A DNA stretch of 53,974 nucleotides, from NCBI GenBank assembly GCA_028282505.1, contig JANQHV010000554.1:1-53974 (forward strand), read 5' to 3'. How positions within the stretch are numbered: the first letter of the stretch is position 1; every line of letters starts with the position of its first letter. Shown here one piece after another: positions 1-10,335 of this stretch. The notes below the pieces were generated by a model. It was not told the DNA's origin. It ran no database searches and saw only the letters and a list, made by a program, of their open reading frames with translations. The translations under genes and the position numbers were made by a program. Source of the stretch: SAR324 cluster bacterium. Lineage in GTDB: Bacteria > SAR324 > NAC60-12.

Positions 1-2
1 TG

Positions 3-797
3 GGGGGAGATGAACTGAATGCCGGAGAATATGAATATTTTTTCTTTTTCTTTGCCGATCTCAAAAGGGCCAACCGTTTGCACGACTTGGAACAGGAAAC
101 AGACAAATGGATCCTTTATCATGATCATCCCATTTTCAAAAAAAATACTCAGGTTAGGGATGCAGGACTGAGCAAGTTAGTCGACTTTGAACAACCAGGT
201 AGATGTCTACCAGACCCACAACGAATGAAACGGTATATTAAAACGCTTAATCAGGAGTTCTTTGATTTAGAGCAATTCACTCCAATCATGGACCATCCAT
301 TTTCAAGTTATCTAAAAAACAGAACATATCAGGACATTTTTCGAGAAACGGCTCCCTGTTGTTTGCGTGCCGAAGACCGGCAGACCAATAAATTCAACCT
401 GGATAACTTTTTACCTTTTTTTGATTATCGATTGGTCGAATTCATGTTCACCATTCCAGGACAGTTAAAAATTCGTGAAGGGGTGACGAAATGGTTGTTA
501 CGGGAAGCGATGAAAGACACTTTACCTGAAGAAACCAGAACCCGTATTAAAAAAGTGGGGTGGAACGCACCAGCTCATCGATGGTTTTCTGGAAAAGGAA
601 AATCACAACTTTTGGATTTAGTGCATTCTCAATCTTTTCGCCAAAGAAAAATTTACAACGTTGAAGAAGTACTGCGATTGATTGATGAGCATGAAGAAAT
701 TGTAGCATCTGGAAAAAACGAAGACAACCACATGATGTTTTTGTGGCAATTGGTCAATTTAGAGCTATGGTTGTCCAAACTAGATAGACATAAATAA
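3..797 (+). CDS. asnB: Asparagine synthetase-like (AsnB family) amidotransferase, C-terminal part, 5' truncated by the window edge
   Basis: Frame is open from base 3 and reads GGDELNAGEY. Later motifs PFFDYRLVEF, TKWLLREAM, R.KK.G..AP and LWQLVNLELW are typical of the AsnB synthetase domain. Lies in a glycan locus, so probably a sugar amidotransferase. Confidence 0.85.
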   Translation, partial: GGDELNAGEYEYFFFFFADLKRANRLHDLEQETDKWILYHDHPIFKKNTQVRDAGLSKLVDFEQPGRCLPDPQRMKRYIKTLNQEFFDLEQFTPIMDHPFSSYLKNRTYQDIFRETAPCCLRAEDRQTNKFNLDNFLPFFDYRLVEFMFTIPGQLKIREGVTKWLLREAMKDTLPEETRTRIKKVGWNAPAHRWFSGKGKSQLLDLVHSQSFRQRKIYNVEEVLRLIDEHEEIVASGKNEDNHMMFLWQLVNLELWLSKLDRHK

Positions 798-799
798 GT

Positions 800-2317
800 A
801 TGAAGACATCTCAGCTGCATGTAGCGATTGCATTTATTTTAATTAACATCTTTTCATTTACTTATATTTTCACGTTCAGTGGTTTTTTCTTCCGAGATTA
901 TTCCATCATCTTTGACGGTGGACTCCGGATTTCTGCTGGACAAGTCCCTTACCGGGATTTTTATTTACCCATTGGCCCAATGGTTTTGTACTTACAGGCA
1001 TTTTTTAATTGGGTTATCGGAGCTGGTACAAACTCCTTGCTGCTGCATGCCAGTGTCTTAAACAGTATTGTCCTTTCCTGCTTCTTTCTATATGCTCAAA
1101 AACATATCAATCTCATTCCCGCACTTGGCCTCACATTCATTTTCCATTTTTTTTATTATGGTGCCACCGTCAATCCCTGGTACAATCACACAGCTCTTTT
1201 CTTTTATATCCTGGCTCAACTGCTGTTGTTGAATGAGTGTGAAAAAGAGTTTCGGCTTTCATGGCTAACACTGATAATGCTTGGCTTCCTTTCGACACTG
1301 AGCTTATTTTCCAAACAAGATATAGGCGCTTTAGGCATTGCTTTCATTGGTAGCCAAATCGTTTTTTTCTCGGTAAATCGCTGGAGAGATCTCATCATTT
1401 TTATTGTCACAATCGTTATATTCACCTCCCTCATCGTAGTCATTTACCAACAAGTCAGCGATTTTGGTTATTGGTTCAACTATGGACAGCCTCCTCATAG
1501 TTCAAGAATCCATCGCTTGAGCGGTCTCGTCGGGAAATACATGATTCGGGATGTGCGGTGGCATATTCTGGTGATTGTTCCTGTCTTGTTCCTCCTCCTG
1601 AAAGATTTTCGTCAAAATACCTGGATGCATCTGTATTTAACCTTGGGATTTGCCGGTTTCAGTTTGATTATCTTTCATACTTCTGGCCAATCCAGATGGA
1701 CGGCTTATTTTGCATTGCCTTTCGTAGGAGTATTCCTTATTCGACTTTTAATAGAGAATAAAAATTTCATACTTGCTGAAAAACATAAGAATACGGTGAT
1801 CTACCTGATATGTTGGATACTACTGGCCTATTGTTATCCCATTGCTTTGAAAAATATATCCCCTGTTGGTCTGAATCTCAATAAGTCGTATCACCCTTTG
1901 CAAAATAGTTCTTATCAAGGGATGCTTTTTCAATCCGAGGTTTTGGCAGGCATTGAAAAAATCAAAGCAGAGCTGCAAAACAAAAAAAGTAGTGATGATT
2001 CAGAGTGGCTACTCAACATGTCTTCTTATACTTTTCTTTACCAGGATTTTGGAGTAGTACCACCTGTAGGCACACATCTTTGGTATCATTTTGATGTGAC
2101 TACATTTGAAGAGGATTATCGTCGATTTAAAGAACGATTGCGGGAAAAACCTTTTGAATATATCTTATTGCAAGAAATGTCTTCAGGTACTCCAGAATCA
2201 GAATTTCATCAATACTTAGCATCAATTGGTTATCAATCTCTTTTCTCCGTTCCAACTCCTAAATCGGGCCGAGACAGACGATATGATCTAACCGTGTATC
2301 GATATTCGAACAAATAG
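800..2317 (+). CDS. Polytopic membrane protein, putative GT-C-fold glycosyltransferase
   Basis: About 10-11 hydrophobic segments, first loop RD...GQVPYRDF..P.GP, SKQD motif, soluble C-terminal tail. Confidence 0.6.
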   Translation: MKTSQLHVAIAFILINIFSFTYIFTFSGFFFRDYSIIFDGGLRISAGQVPYRDFYLPIGPMVLYLQAFFNWVIGAGTNSLLLHASVLNSIVLSCFFLYAQKHINLIPALGLTFIFHFFYYGATVNPWYNHTALFFYILAQLLLLNECEKEFRLSWLTLIMLGFLSTLSLFSKQDIGALGIAFIGSQIVFFSVNRWRDLIIFIVTIVIFTSLIVVIYQQVSDFGYWFNYGQPPHSSRIHRLSGLVGKYMIRDVRWHILVIVPVLFLLLKDFRQNTWMHLYLTLGFAGFSLIIFHTSGQSRWTAYFALPFVGVFLIRLLIENKNFILAEKHKNTVIYLICWILLAYCYPIALKNISPVGLNLNKSYHPLQNSSYQGMLFQSEVLAGIEKIKAELQNKKSSDDSEWLLNMSSYTFLYQDFGVVPPVGTHLWYHFDVTTFEEDYRRFKERLREKPFEYILLQEMSSGTPESEFHQYLASIGYQSLFSVPTPKSGRDRRYDLTVYRYSNK

Positions 2318-2339
2318 AGGCCATTTCTTATCAAAATCC

Positions 2340-4511
2340 TTGCTCATGCTCAGACCTCACCTTCGTATTATCACGCAACACCCTCTCTTTTGGTGGATAT
2401 TGATCCTCAAACTGATAATGGGCATATTTTTGGGAAGTACATTCATCCGGGATCTATTTGCGCCATTTGTCCATTTTACAGCCATGCATCCTTTGAGTAA
2501 TCCGTGGGATTATTTTCATGCATCTGGACACGTCAAAAACTTTCCATATCATCTAGGGCTATTGTTCCCCTTGGCCATCACTCGTACACTGCTACTATGG
2601 CTACCTGATGCAGGGTATATGGTCACCACTTTTGTGGACTTTTTTGCGATCCGTCTTGTTTATCTCGTTGCCGATTTGTTGATCTATTTGGTGTTGACTA
2701 AAATTTTTCCAAATAGGATCTATCGCATCCTTTGTATATACTGGGCCAGCCCCTTGGTGTTTTATGCGGTTTATTTTCATGGACAGGTTGATTTAGTGCC
2801 CATTTCTGTTTTAATCCTGAGCATGTATTATCTCTACCGAAACAGGCTCAATCGCGTGGCGATTCTGTGTGGCCTGGCAATTGGGATGAAAACCACGGCC
2901 ATTTTAGTTGTACCTATCTTTTTTATCTATCTTCTGAAAAATCGAGGAACCAGGAACGCCATTCAGTTTGCGAGTGTGTGTGGATTAACCAGTGCATTTT
3001 TGATCTTTCCTTTGATTGCCAGTGAAGGCTACCAAAATATGGTATTAAAGGCAGAAGAACAAAGTTGGTTGTTTAGCCTTAAATACTATCTGCCATATAC
3101 CCAGGCCCATGTACTATTTGCTCCCGCAGTACTGGCGATTATTATCATTCGATTTACCTATTTTCCAAAAATCAATTTCGACTTGATGGTACTCTATGTT
3201 GGACTTTGTCTAGGAGTGATTGTCCTCTTGACACCACCAATGCCAGGCTGGTACCTGTGGATGTATTTTTCTTTAATCTTTTTTGTCGTAAAATTACGAC
3301 ACATTGCTTTAATGAGCTGGGCCTTGCTACATCTCGCTTATGTCCTATATTTTCTGGTATTTGCACCAACAGCTGACTTGTTTGATGGCTTCCAGTTGGT
3401 CATCCCAGCTGTAGTTAATTTAGAGCATCCACTGGAATTATTAAAAGTGTGGAACTTGCCGACTTTGTTACTCAAAGACCTCTCCATTACTTTCCTGAAT
3501 GCCATGCTGGTCATTCATCTGTATTGGCTTTATAAAGCAGGAATTCACTCTAATCAGATATTTCAACCACGAAAGCAACCCTTGATCATTGGAGTTGCGG
3601 GAGACAGTGGTACCGGTAAAGATACATTTTGTCACTTAATCACAGAATTGATGGGAGATAATCGTTTTACACGAATTGATGGGGATGATTACCATAAGTG
3701 GGAACGAGGAGACGAAAATTGGAAAATTCTGACTCATTGCCATGTTCAAAGCAATAAATTACATGAACAAATGCAAGACATCAATGGCTTAGCCTTTGGA
3801 GAAACCATTGAAAAAGTCCATTATGACCACGGTACCGGGCGTTTTACGAAACGACAGAGTGTCAACCCTAATGATTTTTTATTCATTAATGGATTACATA
3901 CATTTTACCTGGAAGATCTTCGAAATCTGATCGACCTGAAAGTTTTTATGCTGCCTGATGAACAAATCCGAAGATTTTGGAAAATTCAACGTGATGTCAA
4001 AGAACGTCAGCACAGCCCACAACATGTTGATGCAGAAATAAAAAGAAGGCTTCCCGACAGTCAAAAATATATCTATTCTCAGGCCCGCTACTCTGACATT
4101 GTATTCAGTTACCAACTCATGGAACCTCTCAATGAAAAAGCAATAGAACTCGAACAATTACCCCCTATCCAATTATTGATTGAAGGTTCTAATTCTTTTT
4201 ATTGGGAAGGCATCGTCCAACGCTTGAAAGAAGAAAAAAATTTGAGCGTTGATCATGAAATGGATGATATTGCTGTCAGGCAAAAAATAACCATCTCTGG
4301 AGATATCTCTCAACAAACCCTGATAAAGCTCGCCTCAGAAACCACTCCTAATCTTCATGAATTGGTCACGGAAACAGAAGCATGGTCTTCTGGACTTAAT
4401 GGAATTGTTCAGTTAATCACCATCCTTGGCATTTCTCACAAAATGCGGCTGAAACGAGATAGAAATGAAGGGATGGGACAAATGTCAACTTTCTATTCAT
4501 TTGGAGAATAA
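2340..4511 (+). CDS. Fusion of a GT-C-like (GT87/PigM-like) membrane domain and a phosphoribulokinase/uridine-kinase-like P-loop domain
   Basis: Residues 1-400 are polytopic with YFHGQVDL and GMK motifs. The C-terminal part has IIGVAGDSGTGKDT, GDDYH, YDHGTG, GLH and WKIQRDVKERQH, matching PRK-family motifs. ATG 2346 is an alternative start. Confidence 0.8.
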   Translation: MLMLRPHLRIITQHPLFWWILILKLIMGIFLGSTFIRDLFAPFVHFTAMHPLSNPWDYFHASGHVKNFPYHLGLLFPLAITRTLLLWLPDAGYMVTTFVDFFAIRLVYLVADLLIYLVLTKIFPNRIYRILCIYWASPLVFYAVYFHGQVDLVPISVLILSMYYLYRNRLNRVAILCGLAIGMKTTAILVVPIFFIYLLKNRGTRNAIQFASVCGLTSAFLIFPLIASEGYQNMVLKAEEQSWLFSLKYYLPYTQAHVLFAPAVLAIIIIRFTYFPKINFDLMVLYVGLCLGVIVLLTPPMPGWYLWMYFSLIFFVVKLRHIALMSWALLHLAYVLYFLVFAPTADLFDGFQLVIPAVVNLEHPLELLKVWNLPTLLLKDLSITFLNAMLVIHLYWLYKAGIHSNQIFQPRKQPLIIGVAGDSGTGKDTFCHLITELMGDNRFTRIDGDDYHKWERGDENWKILTHCHVQSNKLHEQMQDINGLAFGETIEKVHYDHGTGRFTKRQSVNPNDFLFINGLHTFYLEDLRNLIDLKVFMLPDEQIRRFWKIQRDVKERQHSPQHVDAEIKRRLPDSQKYIYSQARYSDIVFSYQLMEPLNEKAIELEQLPPIQLLIEGSNSFYWEGIVQRLKEEKNLSVDHEMDDIAVRQKITISGDISQQTLIKLASETTPNLHELVTETEAWSSGLNGIVQLITILGISHKMRLKRDRNEGMGQMSTFYSFGE

Positions 4512-4516
4512 ATAAG

Positions 4517-6142
4517 ATGCATATCATCATCCCAATGGCAGGCATGGGAGATCGTTTTGTAAAAGCAGGATACAAAACACCCAAGCCACTGATTGAAGTA
4601 GATGGATCTCCTGTCATTTCCCATATCTTGAAACAGTTCCCTGGAGAGGAACACATTACATTTATTTGCAATTCCCTTCATATAGAGACGACCAACCTAC
4701 GAAACATTCTACAATCGCTAGCACCCTCTGCACAAATTTGTGTGATTGATCCCCATAAACAAGGCCCTATTCATACTGTTCAACAAGTTTATGATCAAAT
4801 CGATGATGAGAAAGAAGTTCTTGTCAACTATTGTGACTTTCTATGGACATGGGATTATCAAAAATTTCAACAAACGGTTGCAGAACAACAGGCCGATGGA
4901 TGTATCCCGGCTTATATTGGTTTTCACCCTCATAGCCTTGGCCCTAATTTGTATGCTTATATGAGAGTTGAAGGCAATCGAGTGCTGGAAATTAAAGAGA
5001 AACATTGTTTCACTGATAACAAAATGCAGGAATATGCTTCATCAGGCACTTATTATTTTCGCACAGGCGCTTTACTCAAACATTATTTTGACAAAACAGT
5101 TGCCGCGAATGTCCACTTCAATCAAGAATTCTATTGCAGTTCCCCATTTGACTTGATGTGTCAAGATAATCGGTTGGTCACTGTCTATGAAGTAGATTCT
5201 TTCCTACAGTGGGGGACTCCAGAAGATTTGGAGGAATACATGGGATGGTCTGATGTATTCTTCAGGAAAACAGAAAACACTGCTCCTCCTTCACACACTA
5301 CTGGAAACCTCACAACCATTGTCCCAATGGCAGGACTGGGTAAACGTTTTGCTGATGAAGGTTATACGACCCCTAAACCATTAATTCCAGTTTCAGACCG
5401 ACCCATGGTGGAACAAGTCATTCGCAGTGGTCCACCTTCTGATAAAGTAATCGTGGTCGCTCAAAAAGCACATATCACCGCCCACCCTGAACTGAAAGAA
5501 ACATTACATCAATCTCATGATTCTTTAGAAATCATAGAGCTCGAAAAATTGACAGAAGGACAGGCTTGTACATGTTTGGTTGCTGCTGAAAAAATAGATG
5601 ATCAAACACCTCTCTTTATTGCCAGTTGTGACACACAACTGATGCTGGATTATCAAGCATTTGAGAAATTGCTGCAGAATCCTGAAATAGATGCCGCAAT
5701 TATTGGATTTACTCATTATCAACCTGCAGCAAGAAATCCGCAGGCATATGGCTGGCTCTTGCTTGATGAAGACAAGGTGCAAAAAGTTTCCACCAAAAAA
5801 CCTGTCAGTGAGACTCCCTTTCACGATTATGGAGTGGTTGGAGCATTTTATTTTCGTAAAACACAATTTTTTGTTGAGGGGGTAAAATCGCTGATTGAAA
5901 AAGATCGAAGAATCAACAATGAGTTTTATGTTGATGAAACGATGAATGAGCTGATTGAAACAGGATTAAATGTGGTGATGTTTCCTGTCATTCATTATAT
6001 TCCTTGGGGAACCCCTGATGAATTAAAGACATATCTTTATTGGCAGAACTATCTTCATCAAGCCGATCACCACCCTTATTTTATGCAAAACGACCCGGAC
6101 TTCATTTCTGAACATTTCAAAGAGTTAGGAAATCGAATTTAA
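4517..6142 (+). CDS. Tandem two-domain sugar-phosphate nucleotidyltransferase (GT-A/GlmU-like)
   Basis: IIPMAGxGxRFxxxGYxTPKPLI occurs twice (residues ~4 and ~268). Each half ends in NxEFY...WGTPE/DxL. Confidence 0.85.
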   Translation: MHIIIPMAGMGDRFVKAGYKTPKPLIEVDGSPVISHILKQFPGEEHITFICNSLHIETTNLRNILQSLAPSAQICVIDPHKQGPIHTVQQVYDQIDDEKEVLVNYCDFLWTWDYQKFQQTVAEQQADGCIPAYIGFHPHSLGPNLYAYMRVEGNRVLEIKEKHCFTDNKMQEYASSGTYYFRTGALLKHYFDKTVAANVHFNQEFYCSSPFDLMCQDNRLVTVYEVDSFLQWGTPEDLEEYMGWSDVFFRKTENTAPPSHTTGNLTTIVPMAGLGKRFADEGYTTPKPLIPVSDRPMVEQVIRSGPPSDKVIVVAQKAHITAHPELKETLHQSHDSLEIIELEKLTEGQACTCLVAAEKIDDQTPLFIASCDTQLMLDYQAFEKLLQNPEIDAAIIGFTHYQPAARNPQAYGWLLLDEDKVQKVSTKKPVSETPFHDYGVVGAFYFRKTQFFVEGVKSLIEKDRRINNEFYVDETMNELIETGLNVVMFPVIHYIPWGTPDELKTYLYWQNYLHQADHHPYFMQNDPDFISEHFKELGNRI

Positions 6143-6271
6143 GATTTTTGACATAAATCTGTCAAACTCAGGAAAAAGAGGGGGATTTCATTTGAGTTTT
6201 CTTACATAATCTATGTTTACACTTGCTTAAAAAAATATCGTGATAATTTAATTTCTTTCAAGAATGACTTA

Positions 6272-6323
6272 GAACCCATCAGAGAATGACAAATCGTAAA
6301 AAAACGAATTCTCTAACAGGTTC
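6272..6323. mobile_element. 52-bp IS5-like miniature relic
   Basis: Imperfect terminal inverted repeats GAACCCATCAGAGAAT / ATTCTCTAACAGGTTC (13/16), with TTA on both flanks (6269-6271, 6324-6326). Confidence 0.5.
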
Positions 6324-6565
6324 TTAGTCTTCAACTCACTAATATTTGCGTTAGGCGAGTATGCAGAGAGACTCTTTCTTTTTCAAAAGATACCAAGTGG
6401 CTCACTTGGACTTTAAAAGTCGTTTTCTGGAACTAAAATCAAGAAATCAAATCAGTTTAAGTGCGACACTATCCACAAGCATCCGTCACCGGCCAAGTCA
6501 AAACATCAAGTGAAACTATCAACTTTAGTGATGAGAATTCGGCAAATTTTAAGCGATTTTTGAAC

Positions 6566-7072
6566 CTAGCTCAAATGGGAGCATTGGTTCGCCAGAGCCG
6601 GCTTTTCGCGTAGCTGTTCTTTGAATTGTTGAAGAAACTGTGACACTCGCTCTGGCGATTGATCCAGCTGACCAAACAGGTCCACATAGTGCTTTTGAGC
6701 GACCTCTGCAATTTCTGTGTGCTGATCTTGAGGACACCCCAATAGCATAGCGAGTGAGTCCAAGTGGTCGCCAGAACCCATTGAAGCTTCTTCTCGAAGC
6801 TGCGCATGGATATTTTTGACATAATTCTCTTGAATCTCAATCATTGAAAAATTGCCAGAGCAATTTGATGTACCTAAAGTCGTTCCCACAGCATAAGTCG
6901 GTAATGATGTTGAGATGTTGATAATAAAATTGGCAACACCTTTGATACCACCACCTCCACCCGTGACGAGTGAGGGAACTCCACAACTAGTTGGAGCATT
7001 GGCCCAGATGTGACTTGGTACGACGATGAATCCAAGAATCGTGATGAATAACAAGAGTTTGTTTTTTTTCAT
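6566..7072 (-). CDS. Secreted DUF3015-like protein
   Basis: Signal peptide, CG...GTSNC and E.S.GSGDHLDSLA.LLGC pattern, C-terminal Cys. Confidence 0.65.
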   Translation of the reverse strand: MKKNKLLLFITILGFIVVPSHIWANAPTSCGVPSLVTGGGGGIKGVANFIINISTSLPTYAVGTTLGTSNCSGNFSMIEIQENYVKNIHAQLREEASMGSGDHLDSLAMLLGCPQDQHTEIAEVAQKHYVDLFGQLDQSPERVSQFLQQFKEQLREKPALANQCSHLS

Positions 7073-7358
7073 AGCTTTGTCCTCATAATGCTTTCAATTG
7101 ATACAACAGGGATAAGACTGTCTCCATCCAGTAAAGCGTTATACCCCTCTGTCTGAATAACTTCCGAACACATTTGTCTCTATTTTTTCCCTCCATGTCA
7201 ATAAATTTTTAATTTTTTCATGATCTCCTTGAAAGAACCAGAAAAAATCGAACTCCAAAAAGAAGAAATGGAGCGTTCACTGGATCACCTCGTATCCAAT
7301 TGATTATAGAATTGAATTGCAGATCAAGTGTACTCGATTCCTGAACCTCAAAAAATGA

Positions 7359-8243
7359 TTAAAGTTTTCTATTCAAAACCTCTAATTTATCAGGATTGCG
7401 GATACCGTAAATGCGTTGGATTACTTGTGCATGAATGTCCATAGTAATTGCAGTTGTTAAAGCTCCATTTTCAAGGATGAGAGCCCCTGGAGCACCATTG
7501 AACCATTGGGGAACAAATTCAACATTGATATTGTTTGCTTTATATTGTTTCCAAATGTTGATAAAAAATTTTCCAATGGATTCAGCACCTATCAGAACAT
7601 CAACAAGAGCATTCACTTTTCCACCGCCATCTGCATATAACTCAGCATTATTCGCCAATATTTCCTTAAAAAGTTCCAATTTCCCCTGTCGAGAAGCTTG
7701 AAAAAAGACCTCCAAAAATTTTTGCTGTTCTTCTGGAGTTGTCTGAAATCTAGGTTTGTCTTGGTGAATGTGTTGACGTGCTCGTTTTGCAATCTGTCGG
7801 CAGTTGGTACTAGTTTTCCCGACAATTTTTGCTATTTCGTCAAAAGAATAATCAAAAACTTCATAAAGTAGATAAACGGCCCTTTCCATGGGCGATAATT
7901 TTTCGAGTGTCATTAACAAAGCCACTGAAACGGTTTCATCAAGCTGCATTTGTGCGTACGGTTCAAGATTGGTTTCCTGCACTAAAGGTTCAGGAAGCCA
8001 TAGCCCGAAATAAGATGTCCTCTTCACTCGCACTAATCGCAATGCATTGAGGGACAGGCGACTACAGACTTTGATCAACCACGCACGTGGGTTTTGGATT
8101 GTATCTAGCTTTACGTTTTTCCACTCAAGATAGGTATCTTGTACCACATCTTGGGCTTCAGCCAAAGAACCGAGCATTCTGTAAGCGAGCCCCTCTAACG
8201 TTTGGCGATTTTGTTCAAATATTTGTGTTTTTTTCTGTTCCAT
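7359..8243 (-). CDS. sigJ: ECF41 (SigJ-type) RNA polymerase sigma factor with SnoaL-like C-terminal extension
   Basis: AYRMLGS.AEAQDVVQD in region 2, plus the ECF41 signature motifs WLPEP, DGGG and NPDKL. Confidence 0.9.
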   Translation of the reverse strand: MEQKKTQIFEQNRQTLEGLAYRMLGSLAEAQDVVQDTYLEWKNVKLDTIQNPRAWLIKVCSRLSLNALRLVRVKRTSYFGLWLPEPLVQETNLEPYAQMQLDETVSVALLMTLEKLSPMERAVYLLYEVFDYSFDEIAKIVGKTSTNCRQIAKRARQHIHQDKPRFQTTPEEQQKFLEVFFQASRQGKLELFKEILANNAELYADGGGKVNALVDVLIGAESIGKFFINIWKQYKANNINVEFVPQWFNGAPGALILENGALTTAITMDIHAQVIQRIYGIRNPDKLEVLNRKL

Positions 8244-8252
8244 GAGAATCCT

Positions 8253-9263
8253 TTAACACGGGTTGGACATCAATACAGCATAACGCCACCCTTTTGAAGT
8301 TAAACGATAAATGTGTGTATATTTTTGATATGTCGAATAAACCCCATTTCTTTCAGAGCAATTTTCCATTTCCACTTCTTGACGCCCTGTCTCCACTACA
8401 ATCGATCCACTACGTTCGATTTTTTCTGGGTATTTTTGAAACTTCACGAATGAAGCTTTCTGGAAAAGTTGCTCTTCAGCGATCTGTAACTTTTCTCGTC
8501 CCATAATGATGTCATGCCCAGGAATCATTAATTGTACATCTTCCGTGCAAACATTGGCATAGGAAGCGGCATCTCCATCAATAATTGCTTGGGTTTGTTG
8601 GGCTCTCACCAGGCCAATTTCTTTTTTTTCTTCTGCCGTAATTTCTCCAATCCATTTTGGCATTTCTGGTGTTTGGAACAGAGCATCAATCTGTCGCTGA
8701 GCTTGTTGGAAAAAACGAGAACGTTCTTTTTCCTCCAATGCAGTTCCTTCCAAAATCACTGTTTTCACAGGCTCAATTCCAATAAAATTTAGAATCGCTT
8801 GTAAGTATTCAGTTTGAAAATCCTCATTAGATCCCCCATTAGAAACTCCTCCTCTGACTGAAATGACAGCAGCTTGCTTGCCTGCTAGCAGTCCCTGATA
8901 TTGTTCATCTTTTACCTGGAATGTCAGTCCGTCACGTACTACGTAATCAAAATAAGCTTTGAGAGAAGATGGGAGAGTGAAATTATACAATGGGCTGCTG
9001 ATCAACAAATGATCCATCGATTTCAGTTCCTGAATCAACATATTGGATAATGCTGTTTCAGGGATCAGCTGGCCTCCTGACTTGTGAAAAAACTGAATCA
9101 TCTCATTCGAAATATGGGGAATTGTATCAATGGCAAGATCCCTTACCAAGACCTTTGCTTGAGGGAATTGTTTTTCCCATCTGCTTTGAAAATAGTCCGC
9201 AATATTTCGTGAATGTGAACCGTTGATTCTGGCACTTGTATTAATTCGTAATAATGTTGTCAT
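8253..9263 (-). CDS. azoR: FMN-dependent NADH-azoreductase (AzoR/AcpD) fused to a C-terminal SnoaL/NTF2-like domain
   Basis: TSAR..GSHSR, PLYNFTLPSSLKAYFD, GLL.GK, RGG and FIGI in the first ~200 aa. The last ~130 aa read like DUF4440 (GDA..YA..CTEDV.LM.PG...GRE...W). Confidence 0.8.
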   Translation of the reverse strand: MTTLLRINTSARINGSHSRNIADYFQSRWEKQFPQAKVLVRDLAIDTIPHISNEMIQFFHKSGGQLIPETALSNMLIQELKSMDHLLISSPLYNFTLPSSLKAYFDYVVRDGLTFQVKDEQYQGLLAGKQAAVISVRGGVSNGGSNEDFQTEYLQAILNFIGIEPVKTVILEGTALEEKERSRFFQQAQRQIDALFQTPEMPKWIGEITAEEKKEIGLVRAQQTQAIIDGDAASYANVCTEDVQLMIPGHDIIMGREKLQIAEEQLFQKASFVKFQKYPEKIERSGSIVVETGRQEVEMENCSERNGVYSTYQKYTHIYRLTSKGWRYAVLMSNPC

Positions 9264-9320
9264 GAGATTTCCAAGATTGAAAGGTTGCTTAATATAAACT
9301 GTTTGAGGTCTTATAAGTAA

Positions 9321-9347
9321 GACACATCAATCTGTTAAAATGTGACA
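9321..9347 (-). promoter_or_regulatory. Putative ECF41-dependent promoter of the azoR-sigJ operon
   Basis: Minus strand reads TGTCACA-N16-TGTC, ending 58 bp before the ATG at 9263. The ECF41 consensus is TGTCACA-N16-CGTC. A second match, TGTCACA-N16-AGTC, lies at 9475-9501. Confidence 0.75.
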
Positions 9348-9594
9348 CCCAAGCAAAAAAATTATAATATGACTGTATAATCACCAAACTTTTTGTTGGA
9401 GAATCCATCAAGAGCCTAAAGTTTTTTCTTTCTATATTTGGGAACAAATACAACATGATATTTGCAATCCCAACGACTATGGTTTAAACTTTGGTGTGAC
9501 ATAATATTCTCCTGTCACTAATGTCCGGTTAGTATCTCAGATGCAAATTTTTAACTGGATATTACTGAAACCATTACCATACCCCTTTGAACCT

Positions 9595-10305
9595 ATGTTC
9601 TCTGCTAAAGCCATTTTATTAGATCTTGATGACACATTATATGCTTACTCTCCTTGTCATCAAGCAGGTTTGGATGCTTTTTCGGCAACTTGGGAAAACC
9701 TGAATCTTGGCGATCAAGAAGAAGCCCTTAAATATTATCATGTTGCAAGAAAAGAAATCCATGCCACCTTAAAAGGATCTGCGGCCTCTCATCACCGGCT
9801 TCTCTATGTCCAACGCGCACTGGAAAAACGATTAGATCATTTGGATGTAAAAAAAACATTGAAACTGTATGACGCCTATTGGTCAGCTTATTTAGAAACA
9901 ATGGTGCTATCCACAGGAGCCAGAGAATGGCTGGAATGGCTACAATCCAAAAAGATTCCTGTGGTGATTGTGACGAATCTCGTGACAGAAATACAGTTTG
10001 AGAAAATCTGCAAACTTGGTATTGAAGGACTGATACAATTTATAGTCACCTCAGAGGAAAGTGGACATGAAAAGCCTCATACCGATCCATTTTTATTAGC
10101 CCTCAAGAAACTGAATATTCCGATTGATCCTGATGTTTATGTAGTGGGAGACTCGTTCCGCGCTGATGTCACTGGAGCACAGTCTTTGGGATTGTCTTGG
10201 ATTTGGATTGCATCTAGCCATGAGGATAAGATAGTATCTGAACTTCCTGAACAAGGAATCTGTGTACATTCTTTTGAAGAATTAATAACCATGATGGAGG
10301 AATAA
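9595..10305 (+). CDS. HAD-superfamily phosphatase (class IA)
   Basis: Motifs DLDDTL, VTN, EKP and VGDS...D. Likely start is ATG 9595. Confidence 0.9.
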   Translation: MFSAKAILLDLDDTLYAYSPCHQAGLDAFSATWENLNLGDQEEALKYYHVARKEIHATLKGSAASHHRLLYVQRALEKRLDHLDVKKTLKLYDAYWSAYLETMVLSTGAREWLEWLQSKKIPVVIVTNLVTEIQFEKICKLGIEGLIQFIVTSEESGHEKPHTDPFLLALKKLNIPIDPDVYVVGDSFRADVTGAQSLGLSWIWIASSHEDKIVSELPEQGICVHSFEELITMMEE

Positions 10306-10335
10306 CTGAAACAGAAATCTCTCATCAACTCCGGT

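Noticed and set aside
3570-4511. Phosphoribulokinase as evidence of a Calvin cycle
   Set aside because: It is fused to a membrane GT-like domain inside a glycan locus, with no RuBisCO or cbb genes nearby.
6345-6410. Isolated GTTAGGC and CCAAGTG/CACTTGG hairpin as an attC site
   Set aside because: No matching RYYYAAC arm at a suitable distance and no cassette gene.
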